From assembly GCA_015063585.1 (NCBI GenBank), contig SVTW01000003.1:871-64870 (forward strand): 64,000 nt of DNA, written 5' to 3'. Under the pieces are notes generated by a model. The model ran no database searches, had not been told where the DNA came from, and was given only the letters and a program-made list of their open reading frames with translations. The DNA is from Oscillospiraceae bacterium. GTDB taxonomy: Bacteria > Bacillota > Clostridia > Oscillospirales > CAG-272. The position numbers and the translations under genes are program-made. Below are positions 1 to 11,500 of the stretch, one piece after another. How positions within the stretch are numbered: position 1 is the stretch's first letter; each line of letters opens with the position of its first letter.

Positions 1-2
1 CT

Positions 3-365
3 ATGGGCTTTTCTTGTGATATCGATGCGTTTCCTCCCGAATACAAAAAGCGCTGGAGTGACATTATCGCGCAATATAAACATGACAGAGACTTTTACAA
101 GGACGCTACTGCGCGTATTCTTGTAGATTCTGACAGTATTATTGCCATTGAGTATGCCGACAAAACGTTCAATCAGTGTGTGATTCAACTGTTTACCAAA
201 ACGACGTATGCTCGAGAAATTGTTCTGTATCCTGCGGTTTGTTCGGAAGCAGAGTATCTCTATGGTGACAGCATTCTTTTGGGAAAGGATATCATGGAAA
301 ATGGGATTTTGATTCAAAAGCTGAATGATAATACTTGCCAAATATTAAAAATGGTTAAAAAATAA
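3..365 (+). CDS. Hypothetical protein, probably 5'-truncated by the window edge
   Basis: 120-aa ORF at the window start in AT-rich sequence; no motif recognised. Confidence 0.55.
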   Translation: MGFSCDIDAFPPEYKKRWSDIIAQYKHDRDFYKDATARILVDSDSIIAIEYADKTFNQCVIQLFTKTTYAREIVLYPAVCSEAEYLYGDSILLGKDIMENGILIQKLNDNTCQILKMVKK

Positions 366-449
366 AAAAATTTCAAAATATGAAATGATAAATAGGTAGA
401 CACATAGAAACCACTATGTATCTGCCTTTTTTCTATGTGCAATAAAAGA

Positions 450-630
450 AAAGGCACGGGCAAGACCACCCACTCGCTCTGCTCCTGTTTGTTTGCAATA
501 TAAAACTCGGCAAGCGTGGTCAGCACCTTCAATAGCACTTCCTTCGGTTTGTATAGCTCCAAACGCCTTGTTTGCACTGACGGTAGAGCTTGCCAAGGCA
601 CAAGACATCGACGAACACCTCAAGTCAACC
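450..630 (-). pseudogene. Possible degraded gene fragment
   Basis: Protein-like stretch LKVLTTLAEFYIANKQEQSEWVVLPV inside an otherwise non-sensical ORF (314-601); no convincing start or RBS. Confidence 0.25.
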
Positions 631-631
631 G

Positions 632-668
632 ACCAAATGCATTGAGGCTGCGTCATTGGCGCAGCCTC
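632..668. repeat. Collapsed fragment of repeat module H (hairpin GAGGCTGCG-TCATTGG-CGCAGCCTC)
   Basis: Same hairpin as at 25459-25483 and, reverse-complemented, at about 2271-2295. It is preceded by ACCAAATGCATT from the other end of module H and lies just past the stop of ORF 673-1365. Confidence 0.7.
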
Positions 669-672
669 TTGG

Positions 673-1365
673 TCATCTTTCAAAGAAATTTTCCTGTTTA
701 TCAAGAAATCGTTGCCTTTCAGCATCGGTCAAACGATTGAATTTGGCAAGCGTTTTTCGTATCTTTTTGTTTTTCGTTAAGCGTTTCATTCTACTCACTT
801 GCATCGGATATGTAAACAGCGTTACAAGGAATCCGTTTCCAAGAATATCGGTCAGAGCAAGTGTTTTGGCAAATTTCAGTACGTCTTTTCGGTTAGTTTC
901 ATAAGCATCTGTCAGCTTGTAATAACGATTAAAATTTGATACTTCAAAAAACGAATAACACATAGGAATCAATTCTAAAATATCAAATCGGTCAAGCGTT
1001 CCAAAGGCGTAATGCTGCAATGTAATGTCCAAACGGTCTCCGTCTTGCAAGCCAACAACATGATAATTACAACCAACCCGTAAAATCATCTTATCAAGAG
1101 AATTCAATAAAACCTTTGAAGCCTTTTTGGCAAGCTTATCCTTCCAATCGTTTTCCTCGAATTCATTTAGAATTGATTTTGGATCTGCCATCATTGGAAT
1201 TAGAGATAGAGAAAATTCATCATCAAAAATTTCTGCTATAATCGAGGAAGAATTCATTTCCTCCTCACACAATGCTGAAATATAATAATATCGTTCTCCG
1301 TGAGAATCGGTAATTTTTATTTTACAGTCATAAATACTCGCTTTTAATGTAAAGATTATTTTCAC
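673..1365 (-). CDS. Hypothetical protein (230 aa, AT-rich)
   Basis: Clean ORF with GTG start preceded by an AGGTGGAG RBS-like sequence on the minus strand. Confidence 0.75.
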   Translation of the reverse strand: MKIIFTLKASIYDCKIKITDSHGERYYYISALCEEEMNSSSIIAEIFDDEFSLSLIPMMADPKSILNEFEENDWKDKLAKKASKVLLNSLDKMILRVGCNYHVVGLQDGDRLDITLQHYAFGTLDRFDILELIPMCYSFFEVSNFNRYYKLTDAYETNRKDVLKFAKTLALTDILGNGFLVTLFTYPMQVSRMKRLTKNKKIRKTLAKFNRLTDAERQRFLDKQENFFER

Positions 1366-1423
1366 AGACTCACCACCTTAATTTTATTATATCACACCTT
1401 TTCCAAAAAGTAAATACAGATCA

Positions 1424-1452
1424 GTATAAATCCCCTTGTTTTGCAGATACTA
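1424..1452 (+). promoter_or_regulatory. Putative forespore sigma-G/F promoter of spoVT
   Basis: GTATA-17 nt-GATACTA resembles the sigma-G consensus GHATA...CATAHTA; spoVT is sigma-G dependent in Bacillus. Confidence 0.45.
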
Positions 1453-1488
1453 ACATCACAAATCTGTAAATCAAGGAGATTTTTATAT

Positions 1489-2046
1489 ATGAAAGCTACA
1501 GGAATCGTAAGAAGAATCGACGACCTCGGACGCGTCGTGATCCCCAAGGAGATCAGAAGAACCATGCGCATTCGCGAGGGCGACCCGCTCGAAATTTATA
1601 CCGACCGCGAGGGAGAGGTCATTTTTAAAAAGTATTCCCCCATCGGCGAGCTTGCGTCCTTTGCCTCACAGTATGCCGAAACACTGCACAAAACCTGCTC
1701 TCTTGCCGTTGTGATCTGTGACCGTGATGCTGTCATTGCCTGTGCGGGTGTTCCGCGCAAGGACTACACCGACAAGGCTCTCTCGCACGAGCTGGAGGCT
1801 GTAATTGAGGGGCGATCCCTCTACGTGGCGCGTGAGGACGGTGAACCAATCCCCGTATTGGCGGAGGGCGGCGCGCACGTTGTAAATTGCGCCATGCCGA
1901 TCATCAGCGAGGGAGATATCGTTGGATGCGTTGCGTCATTGAGCGAGGGACAGCGTGATACGCGTCGTGACGTGCCCGCACTTGAAGTAGAGACCAAGCT
2001 CATTCTCACTGCCGCCGGATTCCTCGGCAGACAGCTTGAGAGCTGA
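1489..2046 (+). CDS. spoVT: Stage V sporulation protein T (AbrB-type DNA-binding domain + GAF domain)
   Basis: MKATGIVRRIDDLGRVVIPKEIRRTMRIREGDPLEI...KKYSPIGEL at the N-terminus and AAGFLGRQ at the C-terminus; AAGGAG RBS. Confidence 0.95.
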   Translation: MKATGIVRRIDDLGRVVIPKEIRRTMRIREGDPLEIYTDREGEVIFKKYSPIGELASFASQYAETLHKTCSLAVVICDRDAVIACAGVPRKDYTDKALSHELEAVIEGRSLYVAREDGEPIPVLAEGGAHVVNCAMPIISEGDIVGCVASLSEGQRDTRRDVPALEVETKLILTAAGFLGRQLES

Positions 2047-2124
2047 AGGAAACGAATCACCAAACGACTCTTTCTCGTAAGAAAGATTGCTCATCTGGCA
2101 CGAACTTTCCCCACAATCAAAAAA

Positions 2125-2295
2125 GGGGGTGAGTCAAATGCAAAAATGCATTTGGTACTCACCCCCGACGTTTTTGCTTTGCGGCTAAACACCGCAATTT
2201 TCGACTGCTTTACAGTCGAAAACCGCAAATTCCGCGCTACAAAAAAGCCTACCGTCGGCTTTTTTGAGCAGAGGTTGCGCCAATGACGCAGCCTC
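2125..2295. repeat. Stand-alone repeat module H (multi-hairpin, ~170 bp)
   Basis: GGGGGTGAGT...ACTCACCCCC plus further hairpins. A near-identical inverted copy is at 25459-25629 and a partial copy at 27553-27594. Confidence 0.85.
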
Positions 2296-2470
2296 CTTAA
2301 TTTGGTATATAAAATTTCTATCTTTCCGTCCACAAATCCAACGCCAACACCCTTTTGGAATTTCAGCAAATCAGCATATCTGCCGTTTTATTTCAGCCCT
2401 AAGTCTTGCAGCAATTCTGCCATTTCGGATTTATGAGTCTCAAAGCAGTGAAGAACGGTTCACCGCATCG

Positions 2471-4480
2471 TTATTCCTCCGGAATCAAGGCAATGATGTC
2501 CTGAATGGACATACACATAGTGTCTGCTTCCTTGGCTCTGTGATTGGTCAGAATCGTTTGCGCGACCTTCTGCATAGCGGGAATACCGCTACGGGTCAAT
2601 TGATTTTCATAAATGACAACGTTCACGCCACGTGCTTTGAACTCTTCCTCGGTAACCGCATGGAAAGCGGTGGGGACCACAACAATAGGCGTTACGCTAT
2701 CCTTAGCACGGAATTTCTCAACAAATTCAAAAATTTCGGCAGGATCCTTTTTGCGGCTGCGAATCATAATGGCATCCGCGCCCGCCTTCGCAAATGCAAA
2801 GCCACGCTCCAACGCATCTTCCATACCACGCTCCAAAACCAGGCTGTCGATACGGGCACAGATCATAAAATCTTGGGTCTTTTGCGCTTTCTTACCGGCT
2901 TGGATCTTCGCGCAGAAATTCTCAATGGAATCCTGCGTCTGCTCGACCTCGGTTCCAAAAAGAGAATTCTGTTTCAATCCGATCCGGTCCTCAATGATGA
3001 CCATTGAAACACCCATGCGCTCCAAACTCTTGACTGTATATGCAAAATGCTCGGTAAACCCGCCGGTATCACCGTCAAGGATGATCGGCTTGGTGGTAAC
3101 CGCCATTATGTCATCAATGGTACGAAAACGCGAAGTCATATCCACAAGTTCTATATCGGGTTTTCCTTTTGCGGTACTGTCGCAAAGACCGGAGACCCAC
3201 ATCGCATCGAACTGATAGGTTTTTCCGTCCTGCAAAACCTTGGTCTGCTCGGCGATCAAGCCCGTGATACCGCTGTGCGCTTCAATAGCGTTCACGCACC
3301 CCTTCATAGCAATCAGCTTTTTCAGTCTGCCGCGACGAACGTCGGGCATAGAAAGCTGCAATTTAGACATTTTCTCAAGTTCATCAAATTTTTCATCTTT
3401 TGAATACGGGAATTCCACAAGACGACCGCCGTATTCAGCCAGAACACTCACAACCTCGTCTCGCACAGGGCGCTGAAAACCCTCGCGCCAATCGTCACCG
3501 TGAACGACATAGGTGGGGCGCAACGTGCGAAGATTGTCCACATAACTCAAGGTTTTTTGTTCCACCACACAGCTCACGCCGTTGATGTTTTCCACAAGAG
3601 ACTTTCTTTCCGCAAAAGGCATCAAGGGAAAGCGCTTGTAGCTGGCAACCGCCTCATCCGACAAAACACCGACGATCAGCTTGCCAAGTTTGGCGGCTTT
3701 TTTGATGATCGCAATGTGACCGCTGTGGATCATATCGGTTGCAAAACACATATACGCAGTGCGATTATCCACCTCATGAACGCGCGCGGAAACGATGGCA
3801 AGATCCTCCGGAGTATCAATCTCAGCGCAAAGAGCGTCCTTAAAATCCAAGGGATAGATCTTGCAACGGTCCGAGACCTCATTGAAAGCGTTTTCCGCAT
3901 AGCATTTGCGGGTATCGTTTTCGCAGAAGGTGCAGATGTTATCAAGCCACACGTTCCAATCCTCTTTACAGAGCTTGTAGAGGGGCTGTGCCGCCATGGC
4001 GTCGGTGAAGAACTCAATCCCCACCTTTTCGATCCTTCCGTTATGGATCACCGCCTTAAAATCCTTTTCGGGAAGCTCCAATGTCGAGCTGACTGTCATG
4101 CAGCTAACGGAGCTTTCCAAAACCGCGTCAAATACAGCGTTCTCGAAAACCAGATCTCCATGCATGAAAACGATGTCCTCATCGCGGAGATATTCCTTAG
4201 CGCAATAGATGGAATAGATATAGTTGGTTGTGTTGTAAAGGGGGTTGTTCACAAAGGTATAGTGTAACGGAAGTCCCAGCGAATTACAGTAGTTGACCAG
4301 GATCTCGTCAAAATAACCCGTAGTCATCACAACCTCGGTAATGCCGGATTGCGCAATAATTTTCAGCTGTCTGCTGAGGATCGTATCCTGTTTGGAAATC
4401 TCGGTCATGCATTTGGGGTGCTCGCTTGTCAGCACACCCATGCGGTGTCCAAGACCGGAATTGAGTATTACGGCTTTCAT
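2471..4480 (-). CDS. pepM: Fusion: LicC/PntC-like nucleotidyltransferase + HxGH cytidylyltransferase + phosphoenolpyruvate mutase-like domain
   Basis: MKAVILNSGLGHRM...PKC (NTP transferase); DMIHSGH and VVHGDDW (CTP transferase); EAHSG, DGDTGG and EDRIGLKQNS (PEP mutase, variant motif). Confidence 0.85.
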   Translation of the reverse strand: MKAVILNSGLGHRMGVLTSEHPKCMTEISKQDTILSRQLKIIAQSGITEVVMTTGYFDEILVNYCNSLGLPLHYTFVNNPLYNTTNYIYSIYCAKEYLRDEDIVFMHGDLVFENAVFDAVLESSVSCMTVSSTLELPEKDFKAVIHNGRIEKVGIEFFTDAMAAQPLYKLCKEDWNVWLDNICTFCENDTRKCYAENAFNEVSDRCKIYPLDFKDALCAEIDTPEDLAIVSARVHEVDNRTAYMCFATDMIHSGHIAIIKKAAKLGKLIVGVLSDEAVASYKRFPLMPFAERKSLVENINGVSCVVEQKTLSYVDNLRTLRPTYVVHGDDWREGFQRPVRDEVVSVLAEYGGRLVEFPYSKDEKFDELEKMSKLQLSMPDVRRGRLKKLIAMKGCVNAIEAHSGITGLIAEQTKVLQDGKTYQFDAMWVSGLCDSTAKGKPDIELVDMTSRFRTIDDIMAVTTKPIILDGDTGGFTEHFAYTVKSLERMGVSMVIIEDRIGLKQNSLFGTEVEQTQDSIENFCAKIQAGKKAQKTQDFMICARIDSLVLERGMEDALERGFAFAKAGADAIMIRSRKKDPAEIFEFVEKFRAKDSVTPIVVVPTAFHAVTEEEFKARGVNVVIYENQLTRSGIPAMQKVAQTILTNHRAKEADTMCMSIQDIIALIPEE

Positions 4481-4630
4481 AAGGTCTCCAATCTTGCTTT
4501 TATTTGCTTATATAAAATTAAAATACCATCTCACTTCGATCGGTTGCAATTTGCACCCACGTTGACAGATAGGGAGTCATTCGTATCGATCTCCGCTCAT
4601 TTCTTCTCCCGCACGCGCGTTGGGAAATTT

Positions 4631-5332
4631 CTATACGTCTTTCGGCAAGCAGGGGTTCTGCCGCGTAAAGCAGGTGTATTCTCCGCGGCGAATACGGTCG
4701 ACAAAGTCGCGGTCGTCTGCGATCGGTGCGGTCATCTCGATCCCTGCCAGCAATTTTTGTCCGATTCCATGGTGATTATCCGAGCCCGCAAAATGCAAAA
4801 GTCCGTAATTGTCGGCGTATTCCCGCGCCATCCGATTTTCAAATTCGGTACGGCAGGCATTGACGACCTCTACCCCGTCTACAGCCCGCGGAAAAAGGCG
4901 AATGTGGTCGATATACCAGGATTCTCGGAAGGGGTGCGCGTGGATCACTAATGCGCCGCTCTCGGTCAAAAGCTTGAGCTTTTCACTGTGCTTGAGCGTT
5001 TCCAGCTCGGGGTGCGAAAGATACCAAGATTTATCCAATCCGTAGACCAAAAAATCACTTCCGCCATAGGTTATCTCAACACCGCAAAAAACCGAAAGTC
5101 CAAACTCCTTGCCGATCCGCAAGCCCTCCTCATAATCGGCGAAAAAAAGCTCGGTGCGCTCAGCATAGCTCTTTCCCTGCCCCATTTTGGATTCGGGTTC
5201 AATATAATGATTCGTGATAAAAACCCCCGCGTACCCCAAAAGGCGGTAAAAATCCAACGCCTCCCGGACACTTACACGTGCGCAACGGCTGGCGGGGGAA
5301 GTATGCAGATGTGTTTCATAGCAATATTTCAT
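4631..5332 (-). CDS. PHP-domain metal-dependent phosphoesterase
   Basis: ETHLHT, ITNH, HAHPFR and GSDNH PHP motifs. Confidence 0.88.
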   Translation of the reverse strand: MKYCYETHLHTSPASRCARVSVREALDFYRLLGYAGVFITNHYIEPESKMGQGKSYAERTELFFADYEEGLRIGKEFGLSVFCGVEITYGGSDFLVYGLDKSWYLSHPELETLKHSEKLKLLTESGALVIHAHPFRESWYIDHIRLFPRAVDGVEVVNACRTEFENRMAREYADNYGLLHFAGSDNHHGIGQKLLAGIEMTAPIADDRDFVDRIRRGEYTCFTRQNPCLPKDV

Positions 5333-5461
5333 AAAAAGTCCCCCTTTTTGTACCTGCTCTTATTATATCAGAAATTGCCGAATAAGTCAACCATACATTC
5401 AAAAAAAGCGGGACCCGTACCGGAAAACGTATCATAAAGCGCAAAAATATCCGCCGTGTGC

Positions 5462-5490
5462 TTGACTTTTCTTTTCGATGGAGATATAAT
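5462..5490 (+). promoter_or_regulatory. Sigma-A promoter of the large surface protease gene
   Basis: TTGACT-17-TATAAT, with AAGGAGG RBS downstream. Confidence 0.65.
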
Positions 5491-5547
5491 AAATCATATA
5501 GTAATATATTGAATGGGATTTTTCAAGTTTAAGGAGGCAGACACACG

Positions 5548-8500
5548 ATGAAACAGCCCAATCCGCATCCAATCCCCCGACACGGCAAAAAGCTTGCTGT
5601 GATCCTGATCCCGCTTTGCGCGATCCTGCTCTGCGTTGCCGCAATCCTCGGTGCGCTGTATTTTCAGGATCAAAAGGTGCAATACCGCGACGAATTGATC
5701 CGCGACCTGACCGAGCACCGCGGCGAATACGACGAGCAGAGCATCGTCCTCAGGGATACCTCGCGCGGCACGGCAACGGCACTTGCCGAAAAGCTCGGCG
5801 CCTCGCTCCGCATTACGAAGGACGGAAAATTTGCTACGTTAACGCTCCCCGAAGGAACCACCTTCCTGGACATTTGCGCCGACGAGGATCATTTCAACGA
5901 TCTGCATCACATGTCGATCGATTATCACACATACATAAGTGATATCGCCACCGATGAGGAGGATGACGGTCTCCCGCTCCCCATGCGTCCGCAATACACG
6001 GTCAGCGACGAGGGATACAGATCACAAACCTATCTGGACTACGTCAACCTGAAGGATACGTGGAACTCCACGCGCGGAGACGGTGTATTGGTTGCCGTGA
6101 TCGACACGGGAATTGACACCGATCACTCCGAATTTGCGGGACGGATCAGTGAATATTCCTACAACGCGAGTGAAGACAAGATCGTAAAGGACTTTACCGA
6201 CGAGAACGGCGCGTTCGATTGGTCACTGATCGAGGACGAACAGGGACACGGCACCTCGGTTGCGGGTGTGCTCGCGTCTCCGCTCGACAACGGCGGCATC
6301 GTGGGCATCGCCCCCAACGTCACGCTGCTCGTCATCAAAGCGGAATGTGACGAAAGCGGTGCTTTTAAGCGCACGTCGGACCTGGTATTTGGACTCTATT
6401 ATGCCATTGAATGCGACGCGAAGGTCGTAAACATGTCCTTTGGCGGAAAAGGAGACGAAGCATCCAACCCCTATGCCTCTGCCACGCAGCTTGCGGTGGA
6501 CAGTGACGTGATCTGTCTCGCCGCTGCGGGAAATGATTCCTCCAGCGAGACCTGCTACCCCGCATGCGACCCCAACGTAATCGGTGTCGGCGCGCTCGAA
6601 CAGGACGGCTGGGGTCTTGCAAGCTATTCCAACTTCGGTGAAAACGTTGACATCGTTGCCCCCGGCTCCACCTACACCGCATCAAATAACGGCGGCTATC
6701 AGTCCACACGCGGCACTTCTCTTGCCTGCCCTGTTGCCGCGGGTGCGGTTGCGCTTTACGTTTCAACCAATTACTACGTGGAATTTTCCGAGATCTGCGA
6801 GCTGCTGTATGCCTCCTGCTACGATTTGGGTGATCTTGGGCACGACTGGTATTTTGGCTACGGCGCGCTCGATATTTCGGCTTTGATTTCCGAGGAGCGC
6901 GGAACGGTTACCTTCAATATGATGACCGATGAGCTTGAAAATACCACGCAGGTCTTTATCCGGAACCACACACTTCAGAATATTCCCACCCCCGAACGTC
7001 TCTATGCTGTTTTTGACGGCTGGTATTACGATCCCCAATGCACCGATGAATACGATTGGTATGCCGATGCCTTTTCGAGCGATCTTACGCTCTATGCAAA
7101 TTGGGTCAACGAGGAAGACGGCATTCCCTATACCTACGTGGAATTGGAGGACGGCACCATTGAGATCCGCTCCTATACGGGCCGCCGCCGTTTCATCACG
7201 GTTCCCGCTTTCATTGAAGGAAAAACGGTCTCCTCGATCGGTCGCGGTGCCTTTGCGGGGCAGACCAATCTCCGGCAGGTCACGCTCCCCGAGGGACTCG
7301 TTTCGATCGGTGACAACGCCTTTGGCGGATGCTCCAATCTGGTTCGCATGCAGATTCCCGACAGCGTAACCGTGATCGGAGAAGGCGCGTTTGTCAACAA
7401 CGTGCGACTCACCGCCGTTACGTTTGGCAGCAAGAGCACGCTGAAAACGATTGGCAGCTTTGCCTTCCAGAATTGCGCGCGGATCCGCGACATCACGCTT
7501 CCCGCATCGCTCCGGGAACTGGACGGCAGGGCGTTTCTGGGTGCCACCTCGATCTCGGCATTCGCACTGCAAAGCGGCAACACCGCCTTCTCGGTGCGAG
7601 ACGGCGTGCTGTTCCGTGCCGACGAAGTCACCCTGGTGTGCTATCCCGCCGGACGCAACGGAACCTATGCGATTCCCGCGTCGGTACGCACGGTTGGTCC
7701 TGCGGCATTTGCCTACGCAAAGATTACACAGATCGATCTGAAAAACACAAGTAAGATCGATCAGGACGCCTTCGCCTTCTGCCGCATCACGTCTCTTTCG
7801 ATTCCCAACAGTGTCACCTCTTTGGGCTCCACCGCATTTTCCAATTGCAGTGCCCTGCGAGAGCTGACGCTCGGTACCGGCTTACGGACCATTCCCGAAA
7901 TGGCGTTTTTCTACTGTGACAGCCTGCAAGCCGTTACGATCCCCGCAGGGGTGACCGCGATTGATAAATCGGCATTCGCAGGTTGCTTCGCGCTTCATTC
8001 GCTGGAATTTGCTCCCGAAAGCCAATTGATCAAGATCGGCGATGAAGCATTCTCCCCTGCCAACATCCAAACCGTCAGCCTCCCTGCATCCCTCACCGAG
8101 ATCGGGCAAAGAGCCTTTCGGTCCTGTCCGCTCACCGCGGTTCATTTCGCGCCCAACGCGGCTTTGAAGCAGATCGGTCAGGAAGCCTTTGCAGATACCG
8201 CTGATCTGACCGAGATCACCTTGCCCGAAGGCTTGCAAGCGGTTGGCGAGTCGGCGTTTATCAGAAGCGGGCTCCTTCGCGTAACGCTTCCCGCCTCGCT
8301 CCGCACGCTTGGTAACGGTGCGTTTGCCGAATGCCCGTCGCTGACCGAGATCCATGTCAATGCGGGAAATTCCGTATTCACCTCGGTGGATGGCGTCCTG
8401 TTCGACGCGGCTCAAACCACCCTTCTGATCTATCCCGCCGGAAAAACCGCTTCCGAGTATACGGTTCCCATTGGCACGGAAACGATCGGCAAGCAGGCAT

Positions 8501-11500
8501 TCCGCGGTGCCGTGCATCTTGTTGCCGTTACCCTCCCCGAGGGCGTACATACGATTTCCGAATATGCCTTCTACGGCTGCAGCGGCATGTATTCCTACGG
8601 GCTGCCCTCTACGCTCAAGCAGATCGACCGTTACGCGTTCTCCCAAAACAGCTCGCTCTATGCTCTCACGATCCCCGCGGCGGTGGAACAGATCGGTCCG
8701 TTCGCATTCGCCGAGAACTGGGAGCTGAGCTATTTCAACTTCGCAGAAAATGCGATGCTCAAGCGCATCGGTTATGGAGCGCTTGCTTATTGCGGCATAT
8801 ATGAGCTGCGCATTCCCGCATCGGTCTCCACGATCGCGCAGGGCGCGTTTGAGGGTTGCACCGATCTGCAAAGCATTACCTTCGCGCAAAACAGTGCGTT
8901 GGAAAAACTTTCGGCATATCTCTTTGACGGTTGCACCAATCTCTACAGCCTCCGTTTTGAAGCGGGTAGCGCGTTGACCTCCATTCAAGCACACGCGCTG
9001 GAGGGCATGAGACAGCTTACCACGGTGGATTTCGGGGACGCAAAGCTCACCGAGATCGACAACTTCGCGTTCCGTTTCTGTGAGAATCTGAACGCACTCC
9101 TCATTCCCGAAGGTGTTACCTATATCGGACGCTACGCCTTTTATAACTGCACCTCGCTCCGCACGCTGACCGTTCCCGCAAGCGTGGAGCGCATCGGTCG
9201 CTTCGCCTTCCTCGGCGCGGAAGATCTGAGCATCTATTTTGCCGCCGATACCCTGCCCTCCAATCTGCAAGCCGATTGGGATCACGGCATCACGGGTTAT
9301 TACCTCGGGGTTACCGACGTGCAAACCGGCGGTGACTTCATCTATGCCGCTCTGACAAGCGGAAACACCGCACTGATCCAATACCTCGGCAAGGAAACAA
9401 GACTCGATCTGAACGCGGTCGACCTCGGCGGACCGATCATCACGATCGGCGGAAAAGCCTTTTATTACAGTCCGATCGAGGAAGTGATCCTGCCCGATAG
9501 CCTGATCACCATTCAATCCTATGCCTTCTATCATTCATCGCTCAAGTCTCTCACCGTTCCGAGCACGGTTTCCTTTATCGGACGCGAGGCATTTGCCGAC
9601 ACTCCCATACAAACCCTGACGATCCCCGCGGACGCAGCATTGACCGTGATCGAGCAGTCGGCGTTTGCGAACACCGCGAAGCTGTCGGCTCTCACGCTTC
9701 CCAAGTCCCTGACCACCCTCGGACGTGCCGCATTCAAAAACAGCGCGATCACGTCGCTCACGTTTGCCGATGGCATTGGCTTGACCGAGATTTCCGAGGA
9801 AGCCTTTGCCTACACGAAGATCACGTCCCTCCGTCTCCCCGATTCGGTCACACTCATCAACCACAACGCGTTCCGTGAGACCGAGCACCTGCAAAGCGTA
9901 ACCTTTGGCGCGGGAGAGGATCTGATGCTGATGAGCAACGCGTTCTATCGCGCAGGGCTCACTTCTCTTACGATCCCCAAAAATATTTCCTATATCGGTG
10001 AATATGCCTTTGTGGCACTTCCTCGGCTGCAGGCCTTTGCGGTGGACGCTGAGAATCCCTACTATGCCGCACAGGACGGTCTGCTCTGCTCCAAGGACGG
10101 CAGACGCCTGATCGCCGTTCCCGCGGGACGCACGGGCTCACTCGCAGTGCCCGCCGGTATTGAGATCATCGGATTCGGCGCCTTTGAAAACACCGCGCTC
10201 TCCGAGGTGACCTTCTCTGAAAGTGCGAATATCCTCTCGATCGGCTACCGCGCGTTCTACAGCGCACAAAACCTCTCGTCGATCCGCATTCCCGCAAGTG
10301 TGGTTGCCATTGACTACTACGCATTCGCAAACTGCACCTCCCTCCAATCCGTAACCTTTGAGGCGGACAGCGCGCTCAACGGTATCTATGAGGGTGCCTT
10401 TCTCGGTTGCCTCAAGCTTTCCGCGATCACGCTCCCCGATTCGATCATTGAGATCTCGGATTTCGCCTTCTACGGCTGTGCCGCGCTTGATTCGATCCCG
10501 ATCTCCGAACAATCACAGATCCTCGGCATTTACAGCTATGCCATGGCATACACCGGTCTTAGCGGCGAGCTGACCACGCCCGCAACCCTGATCGACATTG
10601 GAGACTACGCCTTCCTCGGCACAAAGATCACCTCCGCTAAAATCCCTGCCGACAACGCGCGGCAGCTCCTGCTCGGCATTGGCGTGTTCCGTGACTGCAA
10701 CTCGCTCACTTCGATCACGCTTCCCTTTATTGGAGCCTCCTTTGAGGATAGCCGCATTACGTGGTTCTCCTATATCTTCGGTGCGGGAAGCTATGAGGCA
10801 AGCGAGGCATATCTGCCCGCATCGCTCAAACGCGTGGAGATCGCGGAGGGCTTGACCACCATCGGTGCATACGCCTTCTGCGAGGTCAAAACACTTGAAG
10901 AGATCGTACTGCCCCATAGCATCGTTACGCTCGAGCCCTTTGCCTTCCATGAATCCTTTGCTGCATACGAGCTGACCAACACCGTGACGCTTGCCACCGA
11001 AACGATCGATCACTTCGCGCTTTATTTCGGTCACGGCATGACCGGTTCACTCCGTTTGGGTGAGGGCTTGGAAAGCCTTATGGTTCCCATTGAAGGGATC
11101 CGCCACCTCTACCTCCCCGCTTCCCTCACGCATATTGAGCCTCAGGTGCTCAACATGAACCAACAGCTCCAATCGGTTGAGATCGCGCCCGAAAATCAGC
11201 AATTCTCATCGCTCGACGGCGTTCTGTATAACAAAGCGGGAACCGAGATCCTCGGCGTTCCCGGCGGTCTTGCCGGTCACGTTACCCTCCCCGCAACGCT
11301 GAACGAAATTGGAGCAGATGCCTTCCGCGAATGTCACAACATTACCGAACTGACACTCCCCGAGGGAATTACGCGCATCGCAAGCGGTGCCTTTGCGGGA
11401 AATATGAATCTTGTGAAGATCACGATCCCCTCAACGCTTACCGCAATTGATGCAGAAGCCTTTTCGGGCTGTAACGCTCTTCAGGTGATCTGCAACAACA

